IMG/VR virus record: IMGVR_UViG_3300025401_000012
Strand: one strand, 5' to 3'
DNA: 64,000 bases
Source: a virus
Taxonomy: Duplodnaviria; Caudoviricetes
The position numbers and the translations under genes were made by a program. This document shows, in pieces, positions 9,217 through 18,347 of this stretch (positions within the stretch are counted from its first letter, which is position 1; every line of letters begins with the position of its first letter). Under the pieces are notes generated by a model that made no database searches, was not told where the DNA came from, and saw nothing but the letters and a program-made list of their open reading frames with translations.

Positions 9217-11485
9217 TTAAATCTACTAATGATGGTGCATTATCTACAGTTAAAAGTTGTACTTTTGATTCCTTAGGAGTAGATACTAACAATAACTTAT
9301 TGTCGGTTACAGTAATACTTAACAAACCGCCGTTCTTAAGTTCACCAAACAACATTAATTTAGCCAACGGACGTTTGATTTCTTTATCAATAACACGTTG
9401 TAACGGACGAGCACCCATTTTAGGATCAAATCCGTTAGTAATAAGCCAGTTAGTACTTTCCTTATCTAGTTTAATCTTGATACCCTTTTCTTTAACTTGA
9501 GCACGAAGTTCGTCCATGAATTTAACAATAACTTTAGTCATTGATTCTTTGCCCAATCTGTTAAATGTCATGATACCGTCTAAACGATTACGGAATTCTG
9601 GTGTAAAGAATTTCTTTAAATCTTTATCACTGTATTCTCTATCCTGTGTACCAAACCCAATTGTATTCTTTTCAGCATCTTGTGCACCAGCGTTGGTAGT
9701 AAGAATAAGAATTAAGTTACGGCAATCTGCTCGTTTACCGTTTGAACCAGTAATAAAACCATTATCCATCATTTGTAATAATACTGTTGTAACATCTGGG
9801 TGAGATTTTTCAACTTCATCAAACAACAGAACAGCATTTGGATTTTCTTGTATTTGTGTAATTAGTAATCCGGCATTTTCTTCAAATCCAACATAACCCG
9901 GAGGGCTACCGATTAGCTTAGAGATGCTATGCTTCTCTTGGTATTCTGACATATCAAACCGTAATAGTTTAACACCTAGATGCTTGGCAAGCGACTTGGC
10001 AGTTTCAGTCTTACCGCAACCGGTTGGCCCCATGAACACAAACGATCCAATTGGTTTATTTTCTGATTTTAATCCTGCTTGTGCAACCATAATTTTATCT
10101 ACAACTTCTGTAATAGCAAGATTTTGCCCGTACACTTCTGCTTGTAAATTAGTTTCTAAAGTAGCAAGATTGCTAGATTCAGTTTCCATAATTTTTTCTT
10201 CAGGCATTTGAATCATTTTAGCAAGCTCAAATTGAATCTCGTGCTCACCGATTACACGTTCTTCTGCAATTTTAAGATTAAAACGCGAGCATGCTACATC
10301 AATTAAATCAATAGCTTTGTCTGGAAGTTTTTTATCTGTTTGATATTTGACAGATAATTTAACAGCTGCCTGCAATGCATCATTACGAATTTTAACATTG
10401 TGGAATGTTTCGTAATACTTTTTAATACCCTGTAATATGCTTAAAGTCATTTCTTGTGTAGGTTCATCGACTGTTATGCGTTGGAAACGACGCATTAATG
10501 CACGATCCTTTTCAAAATGCTTACGATATTCTTCCCATGTTGTGCTAGCAATGACTTTAATATTGCCTTTACTTAGTGCAGGCTTCATCATATTAGCAAG
10601 ATCGTTAGAACTATTTCCGGCACTGCCTGCACCAGAGATCATGTGTGCCTCGTCAATGAATAATACAGTCTTACCTTTCTTTTGTAGAGCTTTGATAACA
10701 TGTTTAAAACGTTCTTCAAAGTCTCCGCGATATTTAGATCCAGCTAACATAGCTGAAATATCTAAACTATATACTTTGTAATCTTTTAGGAAATCAGGAA
10801 CATGCCCTTTGACAATATTATAAGCAAGTCCTTCTGCTATAGCAGTTTTTCCTACGCCAGGATCGCCTACTAAGATTACATTGTTTTTGCTACGACGACC
10901 TAATGCTAACGCAATGTTTTCTAATTCATCAATACGCCCGATAACCGGATCAACTTTTTGTTTTTCTACTAGATCATTTAAGTTACTAGTAAATGCTTTC
11001 AACGCTCGATCACTTTGTGAATCTTGTGGACCTTCTTCATCTTCGGAAGTATCATTTACATTGTTTAGGTAATCTGCAAACTTATCTTTATCTATTTTGG
11101 CTTTATTAATATAGTAATAAGACCAGCTACGTTTTTCACCGATCATTGCTAAAAATACATCGGTAGGTTCGATTTTCTGTCTGCCATTAAACAGTACTTG
11201 TGTAAATGCACGATTAAGCACACGTTCAACACTTTGTGTTTTTTTAGGTTTAACAACAACATCTTCAATAGTAATTTCTTGGCACTTGTGGTGTAGATAA
11301 TTGGCCAAATCATCTTTTAATTCTGCAAGATTTGCACCGAATCCTTCTATAGTATTACTAAAAGTTTCATCTGCTAACATAGAAAATAACAAATGTTCAA
11401 TTGTTAGATATTCGTGATGTAATTTTTTAGCTGTATCTATTGCACGTTCAAATACAGCTTGTAAGTTATCACTTGGTTCAACCAT
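9206..11485 (-). CDS. clpA: ATP-dependent Clp protease ATP-binding subunit ClpA
   Basis: Clp N-domain (HEYLTIEHLL); two AAA+ modules (GDPGVGKT/FIDEAH and GPTGCGKT/LFDEVEK); IGF loop; GARPL; no ClpB middle domain. Confidence 0.93.
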   Translation of the reverse strand: MVEPSDNLQAVFERAIDTAKKLHHEYLTIEHLLFSMLADETFSNTIEGFGANLAELKDDLANYLHHKCQEITIEDVVVKPKKTQSVERVLNRAFTQVLFNGRQKIEPTDVFLAMIGEKRSWSYYYINKAKIDKDKFADYLNNVNDTSEDEEGPQDSQSDRALKAFTSNLNDLVEKQKVDPVIGRIDELENIALALGRRSKNNVILVGDPGVGKTAIAEGLAYNIVKGHVPDFLKDYKVYSLDISAMLAGSKYRGDFEERFKHVIKALQKKGKTVLFIDEAHMISGAGSAGNSSNDLANMMKPALSKGNIKVIASTTWEEYRKHFEKDRALMRRFQRITVDEPTQEMTLSILQGIKKYYETFHNVKIRNDALQAAVKLSVKYQTDKKLPDKAIDLIDVACSRFNLKIAEERVIGEHEIQFELAKMIQMPEEKIMETESSNLATLETNLQAEVYGQNLAITEVVDKIMVAQAGLKSENKPIGSFVFMGPTGCGKTETAKSLAKHLGVKLLRFDMSEYQEKHSISKLIGSPPGYVGFEENAGLLITQIQENPNAVLLFDEVEKSHPDVTTVLLQMMDNGFITGSNGKRADCRNLILILTTNAGAQDAEKNTIGFGTQDREYSDKDLKKFFTPEFRNRLDGIMTFNRLGKESMTKVIVKFMDELRAQVKEKGIKIKLDKESTNWLITNGFDPKMGARPLQRVIDKEIKRPLAKLMLFGELKNGGLLSITVTDNKLLLVSTPKESKVQLLTVDNAPSLVDLNVT

Positions 11486-11487
11486 TA

Positions 11488-11982
11488 TTATTTCTTCCTT
11501 TGTTGTTTTCTTAATTTTTTAATTGCCAATGCTAGCTTTAATGGACTTAGTTTACTAGTAAAACAAATTCCATTTAAATGATCTAACTCATGTTGGAAAC
11601 ATCTAGCATCCCACCCGGTTAATTCTATTATACATTCTTTTCCATTTCTGTCAAAGTATTTGGCCGTTAATTGTTTGTATCTTTTTACTGATAACCATAG
11701 GTTGGGGAAACTTAAACAACCTTCATTACCATCGACTAATTCGGTATCTGTTATTAGTATACTAGGATTAAACATACAAAATGGAACTTGATTATCCAAT
11801 GCAATAGCAAAAACACGTTTAAGTATTCCCACTTGATTAGCCGCTAACCCGCGACCATTATTAGTAATCATGGCTTGTACCATATCGATTTCTAATTCTT
11901 TTGCATTTAGGTCTTTTTCAAAATTCCACTCTGCAGATTGTTGTTTTAAAACAGGGTCTGTATCTTTAACTAATTTGAGCAT
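11488..11982 (-). CDS. def: Peptide deformylase
   Basis: All three PDF motifs: GRGLAANQ, EGCLS, QHELDHLNG. Confidence 0.95.
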   Translation of the reverse strand: MLKLVKDTDPVLKQQSAEWNFEKDLNAKELEIDMVQAMITNNGRGLAANQVGILKRVFAIALDNQVPFCMFNPSILITDTELVDGNEGCLSFPNLWLSVKRYKQLTAKYFDRNGKECIIELTGWDARCFQHELDHLNGICFTSKLSPLKLALAIKKLRKQQRKK

Positions 11983-12829
11983 TTAGTTCTTTTAATTTTG
12001 TTACTAACACAGGATCTGTGACTGCAGGAGTTTTAATTTTAATAACGCTTACAAATCTTCCTCTGTGTCCATTATTTACATTAGTAAATCCGTTTCCATT
12101 ACTGGCAAATTCTACACCTGATTCTATACCAGGTCTAAGATCCAAATCCATTGTATCGCCGGTAATTGTTCTGACTGTTTTTTTACAACCAATCATAGCT
12201 TCGATAGGAGTAATATTTACTGTAGCATATAAATCATCTCCACGTCTTTCAAAATTAGGATCTGACTGAACTATAATAGTTACATTGAGATTGCCACGTG
12301 GCGCATTTTGTACACTATCATCACCTAAGCCGTTATATCTAATAGTATCACCGTTGGCAATGCCAGCAGGCACATTAATTTTTACTGTTTGATTGCGTCC
12401 ACTAGGTAATTGAAAATTAGCTTCTAATGATTTTCCAAGATAAGAATCTATAAAACTTACAGTACATTGTATATTCAAATCTCTATTTCGACGCATATGA
12501 CCACCGCGCATATGACCAAATATATCGCCAAACGGGCTACCTTGCCCAAACGGATCAAATGCTCCGCCAAAAGGATTTCCTGTATTAAAGTGGAATTGAG
12601 TCCCACCAAATCCGCCACCAGGCATTCCGCCGTACATCCGTTGTTGATCGTATTCAGCTTTCTTCTGCGGATCGCTTAGATTTTCATATGCAACAGAAAT
12701 ATCTTTAAACTTGGCCTGATCACCGCCTTTGTCGGGATGATGTTTATTAGCCAAGCTTCGGTACGCTTTTTTAATTTCATCTGGGCTAGCATTTTCGCTA
12801 ACACCTAGTGTTTGGTAATAATCGCTCAT
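11966..12829 (-). CDS. dnaJ: DnaJ-family chaperone, class B (CbpA-like, no Zn finger)
   Basis: DYYQTLGV, HPD motif, G/F-rich linker, C-terminal substrate-binding domain. Confidence 0.92.
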   Translation of the reverse strand: MSDYYQTLGVSENASPDEIKKAYRSLANKHHPDKGGDQAKFKDISVAYENLSDPQKKAEYDQQRMYGGMPGGGFGGTQFHFNTGNPFGGAFDPFGQGSPFGDIFGHMRGGHMRRNRDLNIQCTVSFIDSYLGKSLEANFQLPSGRNQTVKINVPAGIANGDTIRYNGLGDDSVQNAPRGNLNVTIIVQSDPNFERRGDDLYATVNITPIEAMIGCKKTVRTITGDTMDLDLRPGIESGVEFASNGNGFTNVNNGHRGRFVSVIKIKTPAVTDPVLVTKLKELNAQIS

Positions 12830-12860
12830 AGTCGTAAAAAAACTCCAATTAATAATAGTA

Positions 12861-12889
12861 ATTATACTATCTTAATTGGAGTATGTCAA
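12861..12889 (-). promoter_or_regulatory. Sigma70-type promoter TTGACA-N17-TATAAT driving dnaJ-def-clpA
   Basis: Perfect consensus: -35 at 12884-12889, -10 at 12861-12866. Confidence 0.85.
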
Positions 12890-12898
12890 ACTTTTGGC

Positions 12899-13075
12899 TT
12901 ATTTTTTCTTAGCTGATGTATCTGGTTTTGTTCCAGCTATTTCTGTACCTTCGGCTTTTTTGTGATGTTTAACTTCTTTTTTTGCAGGTGCTTTGGCAGG
13001 TGCTTTAGTTTTTTCTGCAGCCATTGCAGAACTAGCAAACACAGCTACGATAAGTAGTGCTAATAATTTTTTCAT
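12899..13075 (-). CDS. Small secreted Lys/Ala-rich protein
   Basis: Start moved to ATG 13075 (AAGGA RBS); Sec signal MKKLLALLIVAVFASSAMA followed by a basic tail; 58 aa. Confidence 0.7.
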   Translation of the reverse strand: MKKLLALLIVAVFASSAMAAEKTKAPAKAPAKKEVKHHKKAEGTEIAGTKPDTSAKKK

Positions 13076-13085
13076 TTTATTTTCC

Positions 13086-13748
13086 TTATAATGGTGGTTG
13101 ATCAAATGATGGAACAACTTTTTTACCAGATGATGTTAGCGCTGGTGTAGTTGCGGGTGTTGTTCCTGACCCGCTATTAAAACCCGATCCAAAACCTCCT
13201 GGTGTCGTTGCGGATGTTGTTGTTGCAGGTGTGCTTCCAAAGCCGCCTGTAGATGTTGGTGTTGAACCAAAACCGCCGGTTGAGGAACCGAATCCTCCTG
13301 CCGCAGGTGCGCCAAATGCTGGAGCCCCGCCAAATGATGAGTTGTTTCCACCGCCGAATCCTCCTGTTGAACCTCCAAATCCTCCGCCCATACCGCCTTG
13401 ACCACTACCAAAGCCGCCAGCTACATTGCCTGACATATTTTGATTGTTAGTAATTGTTTGGTTTGTAGAAGTTGGATTGGCTGCTGTACCTGCTAGTTTT
13501 TCTTGTGTACGACCAAATGCGCTAATACCTAATACCGCACCCATAGCAATATGAAACAGACCAGCACCTTGAAGTGTCAGTGGATTCCATTGTGTAATAG
13601 GTACATGATTAATGCCTTGCCATAATGCCCATAGTACTGGGAATACTATCATGTCGGCCATACAGATTAACATGTACATCCAACCCATTGCTGGACGCCA
13701 TAGTTTTTGCATCCATTCTGCTCCACCGCCGTCTTTTTCTTCTGCCAT
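13086..13748 (-). CDS. Putative holin (3TM-holin-like) with long FG/Gly-rich C-terminal tail
   Basis: WRPAMGWMYMLIC...FPVLW and FHIAMGAVLGISAFGRTQEK membrane segments; downstream of endolysin and spanins; GGAG RBS. Confidence 0.65.
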   Translation of the reverse strand: MAEEKDGGGAEWMQKLWRPAMGWMYMLICMADMIVFPVLWALWQGINHVPITQWNPLTLQGAGLFHIAMGAVLGISAFGRTQEKLAGTAANPTSTNQTITNNQNMSGNVAGGFGSGQGGMGGGFGGSTGGFGGGNNSSFGGAPAFGAPAAGGFGSSTGGFGSTPTSTGGFGSTPATTTSATTPGGFGSGFNSGSGTTPATTPALTSSGKKVVPSFDQPPL

Positions 13749-13776
13749 AGTTCGCTCCTTTTGGCTGTTATATACG

Positions 13777-13782
13777 TATTTA
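13777..13782 (-). promoter_or_regulatory. T4-like late promoter core (TAAATA)
   Basis: Overlaps the o-spanin stop, 28 nt upstream of the holin ATG. Confidence 0.55.
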
Positions 13783-14055
13783 TTTCACGCTGTTAAATAT
13801 TTTTTGTTGAGTATTATACCAATCTAACCAGTTATCTACACGGTCTTTGCAAAGATAATATTGACTGTAATTGACTGTAATAACATTCAACGCATCGCTT
13901 AGTTTTGTTGTAGAAGCATCTACTTGATTTAGATCTGGACAAGCCGTTTTAAGATCTGGCGGAGTATCCGGCCATGACATAGTCATTTTAGGTCCAGTAA
14001 CACTAGAACACCCGTTCAGAAATACAATTAATGAGGCGACTAATATTTTTTTCAT
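13780..14055 (-). CDS. Putative o-spanin (Rz1-like lipoprotein)
   Basis: Lipobox LNG-C after a hydrophobic signal; Pro-rich mature part; 4-nt overlap with the i-spanin candidate. Confidence 0.7.
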   Translation of the reverse strand: MKKILVASLIVFLNGCSSVTGPKMTMSWPDTPPDLKTACPDLNQVDASTTKLSDALNVITVNYSQYYLCKDRVDNWLDWYNTQQKIFNSVK

Positions 14056-14510
14056 TTAGTCGCTCCTAGAGGATTCTTAGCCGCACCATTTAAAATAGTA
14101 ATGGCCTCTGGATCAATTTTACAGTCTGCGTCGATGCGTTTTTCAACTTCTTTAATTTTTTCTTGGTATACTATTTGTGTGTCGTGTATAACTTTTGTAT
14201 GAGTGACTATTTTTGTTTGTACAGCAGTATTAGCATCTGAACTAGCTTGTTGTGCTACAGCAATTTTAGCTTGTTGTTCTTTAATTTGTGCTTGCAATAT
14301 TTCGGTAACACCTGCACCACCGTACATAAACACACTTGCTATAATTATAACAAAACTAACTGGTTTAATAAACAATGCATATGGTTTAAAATTAGGAAAA
14401 TTTCCTAATATATTTGCAGTAAAGTAAACAGTTGCACCTGCACCCGCTATTGCTGGCCATAACCATGAAGGTAAATTTCCTAATATTTGCTCTAATAACC
14501 AACTAAACAT
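14052..14510 (-). CDS. Putative i-spanin (Rz-like)
   Basis: N-terminal hydrophobic segments, coiled-coil-like periplasmic part with a distal Cys; lies between endolysin and lipoprotein. Confidence 0.65.
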   Translation of the reverse strand: MFSWLLEQILGNLPSWLWPAIAGAGATVYFTANILGNFPNFKPYALFIKPVSFVIIIASVFMYGGAGVTEILQAQIKEQQAKIAVAQQASSDANTAVQTKIVTHTKVIHDTQIVYQEKIKEVEKRIDADCKIDPEAITILNGAAKNPLGATK

Positions 14511-14514
14511 TTTT

Positions 14515-15144
14515 TTAACCCATTAACACTGAATGTGCATTACTTGTATGTTGCTGACGTTCGTTGAGACCCAATGTTCCGCCGTTAATCTTTTTAGTTA
14601 ACCCAAGAACATCGCCTTTGTCTGCCAGGTCATTCAAATTGTTAGCTTCCCAAAACCAGCAAGCACTTTGTACACATCCTTCGAATGTTGTTAAAAATTC
14701 AGGAATATCTTCTAACGGTGTATCAATACTTTCAGCAAATTTTTGATAATTGCTTTTGCCAGTAAGCTGAATTAATCCACGTCCGCAAAACTTCCAGCCG
14801 TCGCCTGATTCTTCTGGCCCATTTCCCATACGATTAGCATACGCACGGTTAGCAATTTGCTCAGGATGATGGCCATATTGATTAGCAATATCCATTGTTG
14901 GAAAATAGTGCGGCCAAACTTTCATCAATGTTTCTGGTTTGTAATTTAAATTTTCGATAATAGCTCTGTAGCCGGCACTTTCAACCATTGTTTGCCCCAT
15001 GAAACATGCTACACGTTCTAAAGTATTAATATCGTAATCAGGCAAAATTTTGCATAATGCTTCATGCCAATGTTCGCTATATGGGTTATTTTGTAGAATC
15101 GCTGTACACTTTTCTAAACTAAAATCAAATGTAAAATCTGCCAT
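14515..15144 (-). CDS. Glycoside hydrolase family 19 endolysin
   Basis: FMGQTMVES, ENLNY, GDGWKFCGRGLIQLTGKSNY, SACWFW and TKKINGG motifs. Confidence 0.9.
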   Translation of the reverse strand: MADFTFDFSLEKCTAILQNNPYSEHWHEALCKILPDYDINTLERVACFMGQTMVESAGYRAIIENLNYKPETLMKVWPHYFPTMDIANQYGHHPEQIANRAYANRMGNGPEESGDGWKFCGRGLIQLTGKSNYQKFAESIDTPLEDIPEFLTTFEGCVQSACWFWEANNLNDLADKGDVLGLTKKINGGTLGLNERQQHTSNAHSVLMG

Positions 15145-15878
15145 TATTGTATCCTTTTAAGTGCAACAGCCCAGTTAGTATTTTCAAATATAAATGTATC
15201 GCTAATTTTAGTAATATTATAATTACCGATTACTTTAGTTAAAAACATAACTTCTGCCATATCCTTACCTTCTAGTACGATAGGACCTTTAATGCTGTCG
15301 TAAATTTCTTTTTTGTTACCACTATTTAATATTTTAAATGTTACAGTTCCGCTATATGGTCTGGTAAAACTAATACTTTCGTCAATGACACTTAATGTAT
15401 CGGCATAACTATTTTTAAAAAAATTGCTAAAATTATTTAAATTAGTTTCTTTAGTAGCTGCTTTATAACTATTTTTGTCTTTAGGAACAATTTCTTCTAA
15501 TTTTTCTAATGTAGCAGGTTCGCTTTTAAAATTTTTAAAATATCTAAAACGCATCTCTTCCAAGCCTGTGATTTTCATTACACCTTCGACTATTTCTGAA
15601 ATTTGTTCAGCTACTCTTCTTGATCTTTCTAACTCTACAAATACACGATACTTACCGTCATCCATTTCGCCAGGTGTACAATCTGCATCTAAAATAAAGT
15701 TATAACCCATTTCAAAGAAATTTTCAAGATCTTTAGCTGGATCTTGATGATCAACAGTAAAACTCAATACTACAACATCTTCATCATTGCCAATTTTGCT
15801 TTTATAACTGTCGATATCAAAGACTTTTTTTACTAAATCTCTAAGATCATCTTTGCGTAATGCTTCAGTTAGGCTCAT
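15144..15878 (-). CDS. Hypothetical protein
   Basis: 244-aa ORF with GGAG RBS; TAATG-coupled to the endolysin. Confidence 0.75.
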   Translation of the reverse strand: MSLTEALRKDDLRDLVKKVFDIDSYKSKIGNDEDVVVLSFTVDHQDPAKDLENFFEMGYNFILDADCTPGEMDDGKYRVFVELERSRRVAEQISEIVEGVMKITGLEEMRFRYFKNFKSEPATLEKLEEIVPKDKNSYKAATKETNLNNFSNFFKNSYADTLSVIDESISFTRPYSGTVTFKILNSGNKKEIYDSIKGPIVLEGKDMAEVMFLTKVIGNYNITKISDTFIFENTNWAVALKRIQ

Positions 15879-15880
15879 GC

Positions 15881-16450
15881 TTATGCTCCTCCTGCTGGAG
15901 CTGCTGGAGCTGCTGGAGCTGCTGCTGGAGCTGCTGGCGCCGCCGGCGCTTGTGGTTGTGCTGGTCCTCCAGGAGGTGTAGCTGAGTCAGTTAGTGTAGC
16001 TGATTGATCTTTATAATCGTGCTTCATTTTTTCCATATAGCCTTTGTAGATATCAAAAGCTACTTTCTTTGGCATTGTAATTTCTACAATCCAAATAGGC
16101 TTGCGATCTAATTTTCCTTTTTTAGTATTAGGACGAATATCCTCGGGAGTACGTATTTTACGTGGTTCTATTAAATGGCTTTTCTGGTAGGTAACTTTGC
16201 AACCTAATTCTGTTAGTCTTTTTCCAGCTATCGGGTTAGGCATTTTACTAGCTTCCCACATGAATCCTGCTGTAATCCAATGACGATCTACTTTAGGACC
16301 ATACGCTAATTCGCCTTCTTCCCAATTTTCGTATACATAAACATCGGTCTCTTCTAGAACTCTTTCAAAATCTTTTAAAACAGCGAGACTGCTGTTATTT
16401 TCATATAACTCTTCTATGTTTTTAATAACATCTAAAATATCGTGGTACAT
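15881..16450 (-). CDS. Hypothetical late protein with Pro/Ala tail
   Basis: 189-aa ORF downstream of CTAAATA. Confidence 0.75.
   Translation of the reverse strand: MYHDILDVIKNIEELYENNSSLAVLKDFERVLEETDVYVYENWEEGELAYGPKVDRHWITAGFMWEASKMPNPIAGKRLTELGCKVTYQKSHLIEPRKIRTPEDIRPNTKKGKLDRKPIWIVEITMPKKVAFDIYKGYMEKMKHDYKDQSATLTDSATPPGGPAQPQAPAAPAAPAAAPAAPAAPAGGA
15892..15937. repeat. 9-bp coding repeat (ctgctggag) encoding PAA repeats
   Basis: Directly visible imperfect tandem array. Confidence 0.8.
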
Positions 16451-16478
16451 AATTGTGGTTTCCAGAAGCTTCTGTACT

Positions 16479-16484
16479 TATTTA
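16479..16484 (-). promoter_or_regulatory. T4-like late promoter core (TAAATA), leftward
   Basis: CTAAATA 28 nt upstream of ATG 16450. Confidence 0.6.
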
Positions 16485-16531
16485 GCTGGTTTGAAATCAT
16501 AACATATCACTTTATTATTCTATATATTCGT

Positions 16532-16537
16532 TAAATA
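16532..16537 (+). promoter_or_regulatory. T4-like late promoter core (TAAATA), rightward toward phoH
   Basis: TTAAATA in the divergent intergenic region, 76 nt upstream of the phoH ATG. Confidence 0.45.
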
Positions 16538-16613
16538 ATAGTGTAGGACCTCTGTAGTTATCATAGGCGGTCACTACAAGTCTTACTTTTTCATAAAAGT
16601 AGGAGCAACTTTA

Positions 16614-17333
16614 ATGAGTAAACAACGAGTGAAAAAGCGTTTTACATCAGAAGTTAACATAATTGATTTCCAGCCGTATCTTCCGGCAAAAAAGCAACGT
16701 GTGAGTATTAATGCACGTAATGCTAATCAGAAACTCTACCTCTCAAAATTGTATGCGGAGCACACTAGCATAGTACTTGCTATTGGTCCTGCTGGCACGG
16801 GTAAAACCATGTTGGCTGTACAATACGGAATTAAATTGTTTCAGGAAGGTCTAGTTGAAAAAATCGTTGTGACAAGACCCGCCGTCTCAGTCGACGAAGA
16901 TTTAGGATTTTTACCAGGTACATTAAACGAAAAAATGGCACCATGGACTCGTCCTATATTTGACGTCTTATCCGAGTATTATCAAAAAAAGGATATTGAA
17001 AAAATGTTAGAGGAAGGTGTTATCGAAATAAGCCCATTAGCGTATATGCGTGGACGCACATTTAAGAACGCATACATTATAGCAGATGAAATGCAAAATG
17101 CCACAGTAAATCAAATGAAAATGCTACTGACCCGTTTAGGAGAAGGGTCTAAGATGGTAGTGACAGGAGACTTGGCACAAGCAGACCGATTGAGCGATAA
17201 TGGTCTGATTGATTTTTGTAATCTGTTAGAATCAAAAGAATATTTAGAGCACATCGATATCGTTCGATTCGATGCTCGTGACATCGAACGCCATAATGCC
17301 GTGAAGGAGGTGTTAGCGGTTTATGGAGAATAA
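16614..17333 (+). CDS. phoH: PhoH-family ATPase
   Basis: GPAGTGKT, TRPAV, LGFLPG, AYMRGRTF, DEMQN and GDLAQAD motifs; AGGAG RBS. Confidence 0.95.
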   Translation: MSKQRVKKRFTSEVNIIDFQPYLPAKKQRVSINARNANQKLYLSKLYAEHTSIVLAIGPAGTGKTMLAVQYGIKLFQEGLVEKIVVTRPAVSVDEDLGFLPGTLNEKMAPWTRPIFDVLSEYYQKKDIEKMLEEGVIEISPLAYMRGRTFKNAYIIADEMQNATVNQMKMLLTRLGEGSKMVVTGDLAQADRLSDNGLIDFCNLLESKEYLEHIDIVRFDARDIERHNAVKEVLAVYGE

Positions 17334-17358
17334 AGTAGCAATACTTTAGATAGTCATT

Positions 17359-17385
17359 AAAAAAGGCCCTGCAGGGCCTTTTTTT
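17359..17385. terminator. Bidirectional intrinsic terminator between convergent phoH and clamp loader genes
   Basis: aaaaaa-GGCCC-tgca-GGGCC-ttttttt. Confidence 0.85.
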
Positions 17386-18298
17386 ATAAGTTTCCTAATC
17401 TAATCAATGTTGCAGACAAATTAATTTCTGGATCAATAACTAGTGTATGATCTACTAACCCTTGTTTGATGATTAAAATAGCTTTATTTTGATTTGCTTC
17501 GTCGCCAAAAATTTCAACATTGTCGTATAACCAGCGGTATATTTCGTCCATTTCTTCTGGACGAGCTTGACTGCATAGTAGTTTACGTGCATCACTGATC
17601 TTACCAGCTTTAAACAATTCAACCATTTTAAATTTATAATCGGCTTCATTGGTATCACCTACTTGCGGAGCATTCAGAATACCTTCGCTGGAATTCATTT
17701 GTATAGTGTTGATACATTTTCTTAGATCTGGGTATGTTGCTTTGACAAAACTATCTAATGTATCGATTTCAAATTGAATATTTTCTGAAATAAGAATCTC
17801 GGCTGCTCTTGCAGTAAACTCAGTTTGATCAGTTTTAGCTACATGAAATCCTTGACATCTACTATGGATAGCAGGAATAATTTTATTAGGATAGTTACAA
17901 GTTAGCACAAACCTTGCTGTAGTATGATATTCCTCCATAACTCCGCGAAGTGCGCCTTGTGCATTAGGACTCAAATAATCTGCCTCATCTAACAAAACTA
18001 CTTTGAAATCGCCAAACGGAATCATTTGTACAAAATTTACAATTTTATCTCTAACATCATCTACACTATTTGTACGACTTGCGTTAATTTCTAATATATC
18101 TAAATCATTTACTTCTAGTTCATGAAACAGCACTTTAGCTAAAGTAGTTTTTCCGATGCCAGCACTACCGCTGAATAGTAAATGCGGAATTGATTTTTCT
18201 TTAATCCATGTTTGTACTTGTGCCCGTTGATGAGCATCGCGAAATACATAACCATCCACTGTCTTAGGACGATATTTTTCTACCCACAGTTCTTTCAT
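17384..18298 (-). CDS. Sliding-clamp loader subunit (T4 gp44 / RFC small subunit-like AAA+)
   Basis: WVEKYRP, GSAGIGKT, EINAS, LLDEAD, SRC and YPDLRKCIN motifs. Confidence 0.92.
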   Translation of the reverse strand: MKELWVEKYRPKTVDGYVFRDAHQRAQVQTWIKEKSIPHLLFSGSAGIGKTTLAKVLFHELEVNDLDILEINASRTNSVDDVRDKIVNFVQMIPFGDFKVVLLDEADYLSPNAQGALRGVMEEYHTTARFVLTCNYPNKIIPAIHSRCQGFHVAKTDQTEFTARAAEILISENIQFEIDTLDSFVKATYPDLRKCINTIQMNSSEGILNAPQVGDTNEADYKFKMVELFKAGKISDARKLLCSQARPEEMDEIYRWLYDNVEIFGDEANQNKAILIIKQGLVDHTLVIDPEINLSATLIRLGNL

Positions 18299-18318
18299 AG
18301 AATTCCTTAGTTTTCTTT

Positions 18319-18347
18319 ATTATACAGATAAAAACAGGACTAGTCAA
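18319..18347 (-). promoter_or_regulatory. Sigma70-type promoter TTGACT-N17-TATAAT for the clamp loader
   Basis: -35 at 18342-18347, -10 at 18319-18324; AAGGA RBS downstream. Confidence 0.8.

Noticed and set aside
12842-12882. CIRCE (HrcA) operator upstream of dnaJ
   Set aside because: The inverted repeat does not match TTAGCACTC-N9-GAGTGCTAA in sequence or spacing; it is kept only as a hairpin finding.
14515-15144. QTMVES in place of the common QxxHES motif as a sign of an inactive endolysin
   Set aside because: The catalytic Glu and the other GH19 motifs are retained.
17384-18298. Eukaryotic or NCLDV origin suggested by the RFC-like clamp loader
   Set aside because: Bacterial SD sites, sigma70 promoters, spanins, endolysin and T4-like baseplate motifs indicate a bacteriophage.
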